DNA from: Chiloscyllium plagiosum
Lineage: Eukaryota
Assembly (NCBI RefSeq): GCF_004010195.1
Contig: NC_057718.1
Span: forward strand, 76,144,334 to 76,192,019
DNA length: 47,686 nt
Direction: 5' to 3'
Part shown: positions 1 to 13,246 of the stretch, in pieces
Position numbering within the stretch: position 1 is the stretch's first letter
How the letters are laid out: the number at the start of each line of letters is the position of its first letter
The notes under the pieces: model-generated
What the model was told of the DNA's origin: nothing
The model's database searches: none
Seen by the model: the letters and a program-made list of their open reading frames with translations, nothing else
Position numbers and translations under genes: made by a program

Positions 1-293
1 GGAAATGTCGGGGGATGATTTGGTTTATGCGAAGGTTGGTAGGGTGGAAGGTGAGCACCAGGGGCGTTCTGTCCTTGTTGCGGTTGGAGGGGTTGGGTCT
101 GAGGGCGGAGGTGCGGGATGTGGATGAGATGCGTTGGAGGGCATCTTTGACCACGTGGGAAGGGAAATTGCGGTCTCTAAAGAAGGAGGCCATCTGGTGT
201 GTTCTATGGTGGAACCGCTCCTCCTGGGAGCAGATACGGCGGAGGCGGAGGAATTGGGAATACGGGATGGCATTTTTGCAAGAGGTAGGGTGG
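1..293 (-). mobile_element. Penelope-like retroelement, RT thumb region (runs off the window)
   Basis: Open minus-strand frame HPTSCKNAIPYSQFLRLRRICSQEERF...NKDRTPLVLTFHPTNLRINQII, typical of the PLE RT C-terminus. Confidence 0.88.
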
Positions 294-420
294 GCATTTA
301 AGCAGGCATTGGATAGGCAGATGGAGGATAGTGCGCTAGTGTAGGTTAGGTGGGCTTGGATCGGCGCAACATCGAGGGCCGAAGGGCCTGTACTGCGCTG
401 TATTCTTCTATGTTCTATTC
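294..420 (+). mobile_element. CR1-type LINE 3' end
   Basis: gagggccgaagggcctgtactgcgctgta...ctatgttctat tail; near reverse complement of 42000-42125. Confidence 0.8.
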
Positions 421-739
421 GCCAATTTGGTGACTTCTGCAAATTTAGGAATTGTATTTTTGGTTTGATATTTCAAATCTTCAATTTAAATTGAGAACAG
501 CAGTAGTTCTAACACTTATGGAAGTCTATTTCACATCTTCTACCACTATGTGTAGTATGCCTGTGCTCTCTTTTCCCTAGAATCTTTTAAAGTGCAATCC
601 ATCTAGACCAAGGGATTTATCCTTTTCGATTAATTTATTTAATACACACCCTTTAACGAAAAATTTAAATACATTTACTTCATTGTTCATCTTATTGTTC
701 AATTTCTGTCTCACATAAAGGAGCAAAAGGATTCCTGTT

Positions 740-2590
740 ACAGGGAGGAGATTCAATTAGGTTCTTGTCTAATGTGTGGAATGTTGGGGTGGATATCCAT
801 CTCAAATTTCCCGAAGAACTCTCCTGATTAGTATGTTCCGGGTTCAACGAGAGAGAAGGCATTCCTGGATCTGGAGCTGGAAATGAGGTGGGTCCAAGTG
901 ATCAAGTATCTCTGGGAGGTATTTGGTTAAGTGTTCGGTTCAAGTTCCACCTGCTCCAGAGCAGCACTATATCATCTCTGAATAGGTTGATGAGGAAAAT
1001 GTCTTACAATTGAAAAGGAGGGAGGAAGTACTGGTAAGGCTCTCTAAACATAGGGTAGATAAGTCACCTAATCTGATGGCTTGGATTCTAAAGGAAGTTG
1101 GGGTGGAGACAGTAGCAGGACTTCCCTTAACCTTTCAATCTTCCCCAAATGATGGATAAGGTTTTGATATCCTTAATCACAGAAAAATACAGAGATTTGA
1201 GGTAACTAAGGTGAGCCAGCATGGATTTTTAAAAGGTATATTGTGCTTGCCTAATCTAATCCACTTTTTGATGTTCTCTGCATGGATTTAAAGAAAACAT
1301 TGTTCAAATTTTTACCAAAAAAGGCTGATTAGCAACACTAAGGCTTATGGAATAGGAGGACAAAAGACAATCTGAATAACATATTGACTTAAGGAAAGAA
1401 AGCAGCTTGTCATGGGAGATAGTTAATTTTTCAGTAAGGAGGCAAGTGTACAGTTTTGTTTTAGGAGAAAGTGAGGATTGCAGATGCTGGAGATCAGAGC
1501 TGAAAATGTGTTGCTGGAAAATCACAGCAGGTCAGGCAGCATCCAAGGAGCAGGAGAATCGACGTTCGGGCATGAGCCCTTCTTCAGGAAGTTTTGTTTT
1601 GTTTTGTTTTTCAAAGGTAGATCTGCTGCTTTTTAAAAATACACTTACAAATAAATGATTTGGATCTTGGAATATGGAGTAAAATTTTAAAATTTGCTAA
1701 TGATTAGCAAACTCAGAGAAATGGTGAACAGTGGGGATGTTGTGAGGCACTGGCAACAGATAATCAATAGGCTAGCAAAATGGGCAGATAAAAGACAGGT
1801 GGAATTTACTTCAGAGAAATGTGTGAAGGTAAAGACAATGTCAACTTAATGACATAGATCTAAAGAATATGCAGGAACAGAGATACTTTGATATGTTTAT
1901 CAATCTTTGATGGTGACAGATCATATTAAGGGATTTGCTAGCAAAGCATGTCGGAATCTGTACTTCATAAATAAAGGGAATGAATACAACAGTAGGAATG
2001 TGTTGATGAACCTTTAAAAACCTGGCACGGCCCCAACTAAAGCACTATGTTCAATTCTGGTCACCAGACTTCAGGGAATACGTGCATATCCTTGAGACAG
2101 TGCAAAAGAGATTTACCTGAATGTTTCCAGGGATGGGAAGTTTTTAGTTACAGGTTTATGTTGGGAAGGTTGGGTGCTTTCTCCTTGGAGCAAAAGGTTT
2201 TGAGGGGCTATATGATTGATAAATTCAAGACTATGATGGGCTTGGATTTGTTGGACTTGCTTGGATTTACTTGGATAATCTGTTCCTGTTAGCTAATGAT
2301 CCAAGGGTGAGGGGAGACAGTTTTAAAGTCTTGGACAACAGATAAATGGGGCATGTGAGGAAATACATTACATGGAGCGTGCTAGTAACCTGGACATTAA
2401 TCATCCAGAAGAATACTGAAGCAAAAGCAATGAAAGATTTCTAAAGAAGTTAGAGGTATATTAATAAGAAATGACTTTGTAGTGCTATGCAGATGAAATG
2501 GCAGTATAGGAGTTATGGAATAACTCCATGGAAAGCCAGAATAGGCCCGATGGGCCATTTGGCACACCCCCTCCTTCCCTGCTGTAAATG
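740..2590 (+). mobile_element. Old, degenerate CR1-type LINE ORF2 and 3' end, interrupted at 1463-1589
   Basis: Decayed RT motifs (gataagtcacct, cagcatggattt, tatgttcaattctggtcacca). Boundaries approximate. Confidence 0.7.
1463..1589 (-). mobile_element. Solo PLE 3' terminal repeat (family A) with a defective hammerhead core
   Basis: Same sequence as the terminus attached to the GIY-YIG ORF at 40141. TSD agttttgtttt at 1452-1462 and 1590-1600. Core reads CTGAAGA...GAACGTC (one A missing). Confidence 0.88.
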
Positions 2591-2604
2591 TCTCTGACAC
2601 AACT

Positions 2605-2790
2605 ACAACAAAGAACTGCAGATGCTGAAGATCTGAAACAAAAACAAAAATTGCGGGAGAAGCTCAGCAGATCTGGCATCATCTTGGAGAGAAAGCAAAG
2701 ATGGTGTTTCAGGTCTAGTGACTCAATGAAGAGTTTTTATAGCAATTTCTGTTTTTATTTTAGATTTCCAGCATCTGCAGTATTTTTCTT
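2605..2790. mobile_element. Older fold-back PLE-terminus element
   Basis: Inverted ends actgcagatgctgaagatctg ... agatttccagcatctgcagt; related to the family A terminus. Confidence 0.6.
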
Positions 2791-2831
2791 TTCTAACAAT
2801 ACTGCTTGACTAGTGAGGGAGATAACAATCA

Positions 2832-3140
2832 GCACGGTGGCTCAGTGGTTAGCGCTGCTGCCTCATAATGCTGGGGCCTGGGTTCGATTCCAGCCTTGGG
2901 CAATTGTCTGTGTGGAGTTTGCACATTTTCCCCATGTCTGAATGCGTTTCCTCCAGGTGCTCTGGTTCCCTCCCATAATCCAATTAGCCATGCTAAATTG
3001 TCCATAGTGTTCAGGGGTTAGGTTAGGTGCATTAGTCAGGGGTAAGTGTAGAGCAATAGGGTAGGAAATTGGGTTTGGTTGGGATACTCTTCGGAGGGTT
3101 GTTGGGTTGGAGGGCCTGTTTCTAGACTGAAGGGATTGAA
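2832..3140 (+). mobile_element. tRNA-derived V-SINE (HE1-like)
   Basis: A-box ggtggctcagtggttagc, B-box ggttcgattcc, V-domain tgtgtggagtttgcac, CR1-like tail gggcctgtttc. Confidence 0.85.
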
Positions 3141-3549
3141 TTACAAAAAAAATGTTCTACATGACAAAAGTGAGTAGCACAATCATTAAAACAGAAGTTA
3201 AATTTTAATTTGTTACATCACCTTACAGATAAAACAGGAGTATTTTAAGAATCTCGGAAGTTTAAACTTCAGCAATGTAATGAGTTTGTAAATGATTCAA
3301 TGTATATCTGAATATTTATATTTACATATTTACTTAGAATTGAGCAATTTAAAGCTTGGTACGCCCAATGAGAATCTTGAATAATAATCTGAGACCCAAT
3401 TCAAAATACATCTGAACTTACACAAAATTCGGTGAATGCTAGAAATCTGTTATCTCTTTCCCTGCCTGGCCTACTGAGTATTCGCAGGAATTTTAGTTTT
3501 AATTCTACATTAAAATTGAGCTGGGTAAGACAATGTCAATTATCCTGTT

Positions 3550-4460
3550 CATCCATAGGTTGTAGGCATCACTGACTGGGCCTGAGTTTATTGCCAGCTC
3601 CTAATTGCTTTTGAGAAGGTGGTGGTGAGCTGCCTTCTTGAACTACATTTTTGCATTACAGCTACATTACAGGAGGTGAATTCCAAGATTTTATGGCAGG
3701 GACAGTGAAGGAACAGGGATATAATTCAACAATAATACACGACTCAGAGGGGAACTTGCAGGTAGTGGTGTTCCTATGCATCTACAACTTTTGTCCTTCA
3801 AGGTGGCAGAGATCACATGTCTGGAAGATACCGGCAAAGGAACCTTGGTGAGTTACTGCAGAGTGTCTGTGTCTTGTGTGTGTTAATGGTGGATAGAAGA
3901 AGTGTTGAAAATGTTAGGGTAATAATCAAGAGGGCTACTTTGTCCTGAATGGTGTCAAGCTACTGAGTGTTATTGGAACTACTTCCATCCATGCAAATAA
4001 AACCATATTCCAGCACAATCCTGATTTGCACTTTGCAGATGGTGGAGGCATTGGGAAGATAGAGGTTGATCCATTGCAAAAATCCTTGTTCACCCCCCCC
4101 TCCCCCCTCTCATAGTCACAGTGTGTATATAGTTGGTACAGTTCAGTTTATGGTCAATGGTAACAAGCTGTTGATTGTGGGGAATTCAGTAATAATGATG
4201 CCATTGAATGTCAAGGATGATGGTTAGGTTCTCTCCTGTTGGAGATGGTTATTGCATGGCAATATTATTTCTGGCTTATCAGGCAGAATACATAGTAATT
4301 CTTACAGTCTTGTTGCATTTGGTCATGGACTGTTTTAATATCTAAGGAGATTCAAATGGTACTGAACATTTTGCAATCATCAGTGAACATTACCACTTCT
4401 GACTTTATGTAGAGGGAAGATCATTGATGAAGCAGCTAATGGATGAGCCTAGGACACTAC
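3550..4460 (-). mobile_element. Degenerate L2/CR1-clade LINE 3' part
   Basis: Reverse complement resembles the LINE at 35330-37280, including its tail. Approximate. Confidence 0.6.
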
Positions 4461-6060
4461 ATAGAACATAAAACTTGAACAGTACAGGTCCTTTGGCTCA
4501 CCATGGCTGTGCTGAATGTTGCTATTCTAAACTAATCCCATCTGACTGCACATGGTCTGTATCCCTCTATTCCTGCCTGGTCAAGTGTCTGAAAGCCTCT
4601 TAAACATTGCTGTTGTATCTGCTTCTATTACTCCCCCAGCAGTACATTCTAGTTAACTATCACCCTCAGTGTAAAATGCTTGGCTCACACATTCCCTATA
4701 AACTTTCTCCTTCTCATTTTAACCCATGTCCCCTAGTATTTGATATTTCCACCTTGGGACAAAGAATTCAACTATCCACCCTATTTATGCCTGTTATAAT
4801 TTTATATACTTCTATCAGGTTGCCCTTCACCCAGTGACTCTTTCGTGAAAATAATCTAGATTTGTCCAGCCTCCGCTTATAGCTATTATACTCCAATCCA
4901 GGCATTGTCCTGCTAAACCTCTTTGCACCTTTTCTAAAACCTCCACATTCTACCTATAGTGAAGTGACAGAACTGTACATAATACTCCAAATGTGACCTA
5001 ACTAAAGTTTTACATTGCTCCAGTAGGACTTGCCAACTTTTATATTCAGTACCCCAAACAAAGGCAAGCACTGTATGCCGCCTATACCACCTGAACCACT
5101 TGTGTTGTCATGGTTAGTGAGCTATGTACTTGCACTCCAAGATCTCTCTGTATGTCAATGCTCCCAAGCATCCTGCTCTTTACTGTATACTTGCCTCTTA
5201 TATTTGACTTCCCAAAATGCAATATCTCTCACCTGTCCAGATTAAAGTCCATCTGCACTTTTTCAACTGATCTATATCCTGCTGTATTCTTTGGCAAACT
5301 TCCTTACTATCCACAACTCCACTAATTTTTGTGTCATTTGCAAACTTATTAATCACGTGACTTACATTTTCATTCAAATCATTTATGTATTGTAAACAGA
5401 AGCCCCAGTACTGGTCCATGCAGAACACCACTGCTACGGACTTCCAGTCAGAAAAGCATCCCCCACAACTATCCTCCAACTTCGATGACCAAGCCAATTT
5501 TGTACCCAACTCACCACAGAATCCAAATGACTTAAATCTTCTGCACTAGCCTACCAGGAGGAATTTGTCAAATGGTTTAGAAAACTCCATGTAGACAAAA
5601 TCCACTGTCTTAGCCTCATTACTCACCTTCACTTCCTCAAAAATTCAATCAAATGTGAAACAAGACTACCTCATAAAACCATGCTGACTCTCCTACTAAG
5701 TCTATTCTTTTTCAAATGTGAGTAAATCCTGTCCCTAAAAATCTCCAATAATTTCTCTCATGCTGATGTAAAGCTCATCAGCCTATAATCTCCCTTAATG
5801 TTTTACAAGACACCCAACACCTTCTCTCCTTAATATCGACATGCCCTAGACTATACATACAGTCCTCCCTAATTTTATCATCATCCATATCCGTTTCCTT
5901 GGTGAATACTGATGTGAAGTACTCATGAAGGGAACCTCACTCACCTTTTCTGGCTCCATGGGTAAATTCTCTCCTTTGTCTTTGAGTGGGCCTTCCCCTA
6001 GCTACGCTCTTGCTTCTATAAATGCCTTGGGATTTTCCTGAATCCTACTTGCCACAGGAC
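4461..6060 (-). mobile_element. CR1-type LINE RT region and 3' end
   Basis: ORF 5198..5509 contains YINDL...KFANDTKI (decayed FADD motif); tail at 4461. Confidence 0.82.
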
Positions 6061-6065
6061 ATTTC

Positions 6066-6250
6066 TCAGTGGTTAGCACTGCTGCCTCACAGCACCAGTG
6101 ACCCAGGTTAGATTCCTGCCTCAGGCAACTATTTGTGTGGAGTTTGCACATCTCCCCATGTCTGCGTAGGTTTCCTCTGGGTGATCTGGTTTCCTCCCAC
6201 AGTTCAAAGATGTGCAGGTCAGGTGAATTGGCTATGCTAAATTGCCATCC
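6066..6250 (+). mobile_element. Truncated V-SINE (HE1-like)
   Basis: ctcagtggttagcactgctgcctcacagc head plus V-domain; homologous to 2832-3140. Confidence 0.82.
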
Positions 6251-6364
6251 AGGGTTCCTGAGTTTTGCCATCCTTACCTTGCACCCTCACAGGAACATAC
6301 TGATCCTGACCTCAGATTACCTGGCTATTATTTAACCCCAAGCAGCCATTCCATTCTAATTTAA

Positions 6365-6790
6365 AAGAAAGAAATGTGAGTGCTGGAGCTCTGAAATGTA
6401 AGCAGTTTCTGGTAAAACCGACGACATCTGTGGACAGAAAAGAGTTAATGTTTTGAGGCTAGTGACTCTTCATCAGAGCTGTCAGCATCTTGGAAATGTG
6501 GTATTTATGCTGAATCTGAAGTTTGGGGAGTGGGGTTGGGGAACCTGAAGGGGAGAGATATGTGGATGGGTGGAGATGGAGCCCAGAAAAAGAGAGATGT
6601 GAAACGGATAGGTAAACAAGGAAATTAAGTGTAGCAGGCCCAGACAGAAGGTAATAAGAGCTAAGAGTAAGAGAGAATAGGTGAGTTATACTGAAAGGAA
6701 CCCACATAACATGAGAATTGGTCAAGGTGTGGACAAGAATGAGTGACTGTGCTAAAAGCAACCTATCTCATAATGGGACCAAGGATGGTT
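6365..6790 (-). mobile_element. Old PLE 3' end with a decayed hammerhead motif
   Basis: Minus strand ctgatgaagagtcactagcctcaaaacatt near 6447-6476, followed by a purine-rich stretch similar to 23900-24100. Confidence 0.5.
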
Positions 6791-6809
6791 TAAAAAAAGG
6801 AAGATGGCC

Positions 6810-7620
6810 TAATATTACCAAATACTGTTGTAATTAGCCTTCCATCCCAATTTAGCACTTGTACCCTAGGACCAGTTTTATCCTTATCCATAAGTATCTT
6901 AAAAACTACAGAATTATGATCACTGTTCCCAAAATGCTCCCACATTGAAACTTTGATCATCTGGCCAGGCTCATTCCCCAATACAAGGTCTAGAAGAATA
7001 CAAGAAACCCTCACAGATGCACCTACAAATTCTGACCCATCTCAGCCGCTGGTACTAACTTCCCCAGTGAGTATTACCCACTACAACCCTATTGTTAAGT
7101 AAAACATAACTGCCGACATATCTGTTCTTTTATCTCCACTGGCTAGTGGGAGGCTGATAGTGAAAGCCCAATATAGTGTAGTGTACATACAGTAAAACTC
7201 CATGCACATTTCTTATTCCTGAATTCAACCCAAACTGCCTCATGGGACGAGCCCTCCATGATGTCCTCTCATTGTCATAGCTGCGATATTCTCCTTACTC
7301 AGTAATGCAACTCTTGAAAACACCTGAAACATCTAGACCTTGGAACATTGAGTTGCCAGTTTTGTTCTTCTCTGAACCAAGTTTCTATAATGGCTAAAAT
7401 ATCAAAGTTCCATGCACTAATCCAGGCTTTAAGTGCATCTGCCTTGCCTGTTACACGCTTTGCATTAAAATAACACTTCAGATTGCTAATCCTGCTGTGT
7501 ACTGCCTGTCTTCCTATTAAACTTGCTTGACTTAACCTCAACATTCTCCTCAGTGACTTCATATGCTGCCTACTCTGGTAACCAAACCTTCCCCATCGCC
7601 ATTAGTTTAAACCATCTTAA
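6810..7620 (-). mobile_element. CR1-type LINE endonuclease region
   Basis: ORFs 6790..7014 (LDLVLGNEP...SDHN) and 7299..7562 (YFNA...IAIIETW-like motif). Confidence 0.8.
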
Positions 7621-7699
7621 AGTTTAGGTGAACTCATCCTATTTGTACAAGTCCCTCCTGGCCTGGAAGAGATCCCAATTATCCAGTTATCTGAAGGCC

Positions 7700-9010
7700 T
7701 CCCTTCCACACCCACTGCCTCAGCAGTTCTTGTAGAGATGTTCTTCATCTGAGATAATTGATCTCCAAACAATTACCACCTTCCTTTGCTGGGTATGACT
7801 CCAGTTTTGCTATAGCTCCTTGATGACATTTTCTTGTCAAATGCTGTCTTGATGTCAACTGGTAAGTCTTGACTTCCCTCTGGACGCCACTCTTCTGTCT
7901 ATTTGGACTGAAGCTGTAATGAGGTCAGGAGTTCAGTGACCCTGGCAGAACCCAAACTGAACATCAGAGAGCAGATTGTTGCTGAGTAAATGTTGCATGA
8001 AAGTAATGTTGATGACCCCTTCCAGACTGGTTTTGTCCTGCTTTTTTCCAGACAGGTCTTAGTGGCAGTGTGGTAGCTATACTGGAACTGCTTAGCTAGG
8101 GACATGGCTAGTTCTGGGACATAAATATTCAGTACTATCAGGGCCCATCTTTGCCACTAAGTACTTCAGCCATTTCTTGCTATCATTGGAATAAACAGAA
8201 TTGGAAGACTGACATTTGCACTGCAGGGTCCTCAGGAAGAGACCAAAATAGATCAATTTACTCAGCACTCCAGGCTAAACATGTACGCAAATGCTCCAGT
8301 CCATCTGCACACATGTGCTGGGTTCCCCATTGTTGAGCTTGGTAATATTTGTGGATCCATATCCTCCTGTCAGTTGTTTTGTTGTTCACCACCATTCATG
8401 ACTTAATATGGCAGGACTGCACAACTTTGCTCTGATCTTTTGGTTGAGGAATCGTTTGACTGCATCTCATGCTGCTTTCACGGTTTGGCACTTTTCTTTG
8501 TTGTAGCTTCACCAGATTAACATTGCAGTTTTAAGAAATGCCTAATGCTGCTCCTGTACTCTGCACTGAATCAAGGTTAATCTCCTCATTTGGTGGTGAT
8601 GGTAATGGTAGAGCGGAGGAAATGCCAGGCCATAAGATTACACATGGTGGTTGAATATAAACTTCTGTTGCAGCTGATGCCAACAGCAACTCACAGATGC
8701 CCAGTTTTTGGGATGCTAGAGCTATTTGCAATTGATCATTTTTAACACTGTAGCTATACCAAACAAAATAAGGAGAGTTAAGCTAAGTGTGAAGATGGGA
8801 CTTCATTTCTGCAAGGATTATCAAGTGGCCACTCCAACCATTAGGGTCATAAACATACTTAATTATGCTGATAGACAATTTTCCAGACATGACTAAGATA
8901 TGACAGCATTTTATTAACAGGTTGTTGCTTGTCTCGTCTGTGGGGCACCTCTCCTAAATTAGGCACATGAACAAGCTGTTAGTAAAGAGGACTATGCAGG
9001 GTTAACAAGA
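7700..9010 (-). mobile_element. Degenerate L2/CR1-clade LINE fragment
   Basis: Complementary to parts of 35330-36200 (agtact...cccagaactagccatg, gatgtcaa). Approximate. Confidence 0.55.
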
Positions 9011-9788
9011 CAACTGATGACATTTTATTTGTGGGATGTTGGTATCTTTCAGTAAAGAAACTTGCAAATTATGATCTATTAAACACCTACTTTAGTTTAA
9101 ATAGAGAATGCTGATGGAAACACACCCAAAGTGGTTTGGATAAATTACTAGCCAGCATATATAGGAGACAAATATTATGGTATTGAGTGCATTGGGTTGC
9201 ATTAGAATAACCCAAGTGATATCTTAAACTAGTTTGATTACCAAAAGAGGGTCAGAAGAGAATTTCCTAGATTCTTTCCCTCACAAAGATATTAATCTGC
9301 TCTTTTCACTTCTGGAAAGTGCCATGTAACTTTCTGGGAGAAGTTATAAAAGGAAACAATATTGTGTGAAAAGTTTTTGGATGATTACATAGGTTGATGG
9401 CAACAGTTGAGAGATATGGAGAATGCTTCCAGCTGAACAATAAATCTTGTTTTCATCATTCAAAGACCTTCCACAAAACAGAAATAAATTTTTTCGTTGC
9501 AACCAGGAAGAGAAGGCTTGAAAAAGGAGTCTCATACATCCAGGAACAACCTGCAAAAAGGAGATCAAGAATTACTTGGAATTTAACAATGTTAATTGGC
9601 CTAACTAGCACCTGTTATAGGTGCTATCCAGTAACCTCCTTGAGGCCATCGAGCCTAGTGAATGTATCTACTTGAATGACCTTCAGCCCTACTTGAAAGA
9701 TTTTGCTCCTCCTCATTTGGAGTTGCCAACACTGATTAAAGCTTCTCTTAGAGGTTTCATCATAAGTCTTGCCTGTCACTCCAGTCAG

Positions 9789-10000
9789 AGCTGAAAAATG
9801 TGTTGCTGGAAAAGCGCAGCAGGTCAGGCAGCATCCAAGGAGCAGTAGAATCGATGTTTCGGGCATAAGCCCTTCCTGAAGAAGGGCTTATGTCCGAAAC
9901 GTCGATTCTCCTGCTCCTTGGAAGCTGCCTGACGTGCTGCGCTTTTCCAGCAACACATTTTTCAGCTCTGATCTCCAGCATCTGCAGTCCTCACTTTCTC
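9789..10000 (+). mobile_element. Fold-back PLE-terminus element (family A)
   Basis: ~90 bp inverted arms; TSD (tc)actccagtcag at 9776-9788 and 9999-10011. Confidence 0.9.
9873..9908 (+). ncRNA. Minimal type-I hammerhead ribozyme motif (weak stem I)
   Basis: CTGAAGA, extra A, stem II GGGC-TTAT-GTCC, GAAAC-GTC; only 2 bp of stem I remain. Confidence 0.55.
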
Positions 10001-12224
10001 ACTCCAGTCAGTCAACTAACATATCCATCCTTTTGACATCGTGCCTTCCTAAACCAATTGGAAAGCAAAAAGATCCATTCATCGATTGGTGGATGGTAAG
10101 ACTGTTAGCCAAACAGTCTTTCATCCCATTTTTATATCTGATAAAGAAAAATATTCAAGTAACAAAAACCTATTTTATTTTCATTTCCGTATGCCTTATG
10201 CAACCCTGATACAAAATCTGGTGTTCAGAAGACTGATCTTCAACGCCTGGAGATTTTAGACTAACTCTCAGTATGGCAAGACAGAATGAATTCAGTCATA
10301 TAACTATAGGGAATCTTACCTAATCTAATCAAATCAAAGAAACACTTTTTACAAGTCCACACTCCTTTGAATTCATAAAATGAAAGCTGCATGCCAACAC
10401 AGGATTCTAAACTTGAAGGCAATTGAGCATTTCTGATACCAAATGTCATTGTTTAATTATCCAGGTTTAGAAAACAATCTACACATTGTTACTAACTGGA
10501 ATACTGTGCATTGATAGTCCACTAGATAAGTACTGCTCAACACTGACACAATTCAAATGTCCATCAGCAGAGTCAACTTTTCAGCTCTGGCTCCATCGCT
10601 CCTCAGACTGAGAGTTGTGTGCCTACACAAGTTTGTTGTTTAGTTAAAAGGGCAAATACTACCAGAATTAAAGGAAAACCAGCAAGGAATCTAGAAGCAA
10701 TAGAATATTTGGTTCAAATGCAATCATTTGTGTTCCATCCTTAAAACCAGATAATGGTGAGATTTTCAAAGACGTTTCAGTAATTATATACCTGCTATAC
10801 CGATGGCACAATTTCAAATTCTATCCCTGACTGGGTAAATCAGTGCCAAACTTAACTGCCAGAATAATTGGGAGTAATCATTCTACATCAGAAAGAAACT
10901 GGCATGTCTCAAAGATGTGCAATGGAAAAGGAAAGTTAGCAAGCAGTACAAAACTAAAAGCATCGACAGAAATATTAGCTTATTGGAACAAAAAGAAGCC
11001 ACTCACTGGACTATTAACAAACATTTTAATCCACAATAGGAAAAATATTATTTGCTCCCTTGTAGTTGGTCACCTAATTTTACTGAAGGGAAAACATGTA
11101 AATACTACACAGGATGAAGTAATTATGTTGCAGCTTGCCTTAAGTGATTAATGTAATAAGGTATAGAGTCCTCCAATTTCCTCCCTCCTCTCCCACAGGT
11201 GGCAAATCATGCTACAGTAAACAGGAACAGTTGACTCAAACTCTCTAATTAGCTACCCAGAGTGATCATCCTTTAAATTAGAGTCTGGACCATGACTGTC
11301 ACCAGACTATTAAATGATGGGGCATGACACATGACTTGACTCAAGGCACACTTCAAACAAATGTTGATGGGTAGAAATAAGGTGGACAACTCCCTGCCTA
11401 CAATTTATGACTGCAGACATCAAAAATTAGCAGATTAACATTTCCAAATGGAAACCAACCATGATGTAACACATCTTGCATATAGCATTCATTTGGTTAC
11501 CATTGTAGAAATGACTTTTAAATTTTGTTCCAACCTCTTTTTTTTAAGAAAGGGAGGAAGTTCAAAAGGTAATTCACAAGATTAAACCAAAGGATTGCTA
11601 ACATCAAAATATGTGAAGTAGCATCTGACAGGATTGCCATCATGGTGCAAATAGTTCAATGCTTAAACTATTCCCTCACTTGCAACCAATAGTGTATTTG
11701 AGAGGCATCTCTGGTTGTAGCAGCAGAAAAAAAATGAAATATAATCAAAGCTTAGGCATGTCCCATAAATTAATACACAGATTTCAGTTTAAAACCAGAG
11801 TTACAGAAAATCAGCACAAAGTTGTTTTTATAGCAATTACAGATATACAGATGTACATAAATATGCTGAGGTATTGTTGCGAAGGAGAAATAAATCTGCA
11901 ACATATTCAGTCAAGTTCCAAATATGATTAGATTAAATAAACCTCTGAAAACAGTTTTAATACAACTGAACAGCAAAAACTGACAATAGACAGTTTCTGA
12001 GGTAAGGGGAAATGAGTAATGGTTTTAAAGACAACCAGACTTAATTTCAGTGGTAGTCTTAGTTTGATTACAATCAATTTCATGGAGACTTTTACTTTGG
12101 GGTTTGTCAGTCTTTCATCACCCAACACTTAATTGGGTAAACAAAAAGTATCATCTGACTTGATTGCAAATAAATAACCATTACATGCAGAGATGTATAA
12201 ATGTATACTAATCACCCAAAAGAA

Positions 12225-13246
12225 TTTTTTGAAGGCACTTGCTCGCTTTATTTATGTATCGAAATCCTCGTATAACAAATTTCTCTTCTCCAATTCCATT
12301 CTGGAAAACACCTAGTTCCAGGTGAAGTACAATCAAGTACCTATTTAAATAGGCTTCACTTACACAGGAGCCTCAATTCTAAAACCCAAAAACATCCTGG
12401 TTGATATTGTCCAGCAATTAAAAGAACACGATGTACAACCATGTTCAGTGCTCTCACAGATGGCTGCTGACATACAACATGCATTCCCATTTAAAAAACT
12501 GGCTCAAATTTATTCATTGTGCCTGCAGTTCAGCAAAATTAGTTATCCAGTTTTCAAGTTAGTTGATCGCAAGCTAGGAAACAAATTAACCTTGGTACCC
12601 TCGGGTTAAAGATGAGAAATAAGCTCAGATTCTTGTTCTTTAATAATCTATGTTGGAAGTATGCACAGACAGACATCTGCTAAGAGCAGGATTGGATTCT
12701 CCACAGGTGAGCAAAGCTGCCAATATAATATCAAGGGCCACGCTTAAAGGCAACTTTGACTACGTACTTAAGGACACCTTGGAACCATGTTCAAGCAAGG
12801 AGTGAATTCATTCATGCGAGCAGGGCGGTCAGGGAAAATGTATAGAGAAACTCGGCAAAAAAATAATAAATTTGCCCGGTCCATTTAATGCTACAATAAC
12901 TTTTAATTATACTTGTAAGTAGCTATCAAACTACCTTTAACAAAAGTACATACCAAAATGCTTACTAACCCAAACAGTGAAACTGATCACAAATGCAGTA
13001 AATTCAGTTTATGAACATATGTACAGTTTGTTATATTTATAACAGCACATTAACATTCATTTGGGTGTCTGTAAAATGAAGACGTGTGCATCAAAATGTT
13101 CCATAAGATCAAACGCACACAAAAAAAATCATCCTTCTATGGAAGCCAACACTTGAACAAATCCAAGTCATTTCTGCGTTAGTGCAACAACATCCAGTAT
13201 TTGAAAATGGCATCTTTCGTCAGAGTCTATGTTGACCAGGCATTGC
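12225..13246 (-). other. SENP6: Probable SENP6 3' UTR to the proximal polyA site; may extend to ~10170
   Basis: Follows the stop codon, AT-rich, no recognisable transposon sequence from 13246 down to ~10010. Confidence 0.6.
12247..12252 (-). terminator. Candidate polyadenylation signal AATAAA
   Basis: Minus strand AATAAA, then a CA about 15-20 nt downstream and a U/GU-rich stretch (ttcttttgggtgatt). Other AATAAA hexamers at 12509-12514 and 10174-10179. Confidence 0.55.

Noticed and set aside
2832..2900. tRNA-like A and B boxes (also at 6066 and 31322)
   Set aside because: These are SINE heads followed by V-domain and LINE-like tails, not tRNA genes.
9394..9675. 93-aa ORF with basic NLS-like stretches (RKRRLEK, PAKRRSR)
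   Set aside because: No recognisable family, no ATG at the called start and no convincing splice sites; cannot be supported without a homology search.
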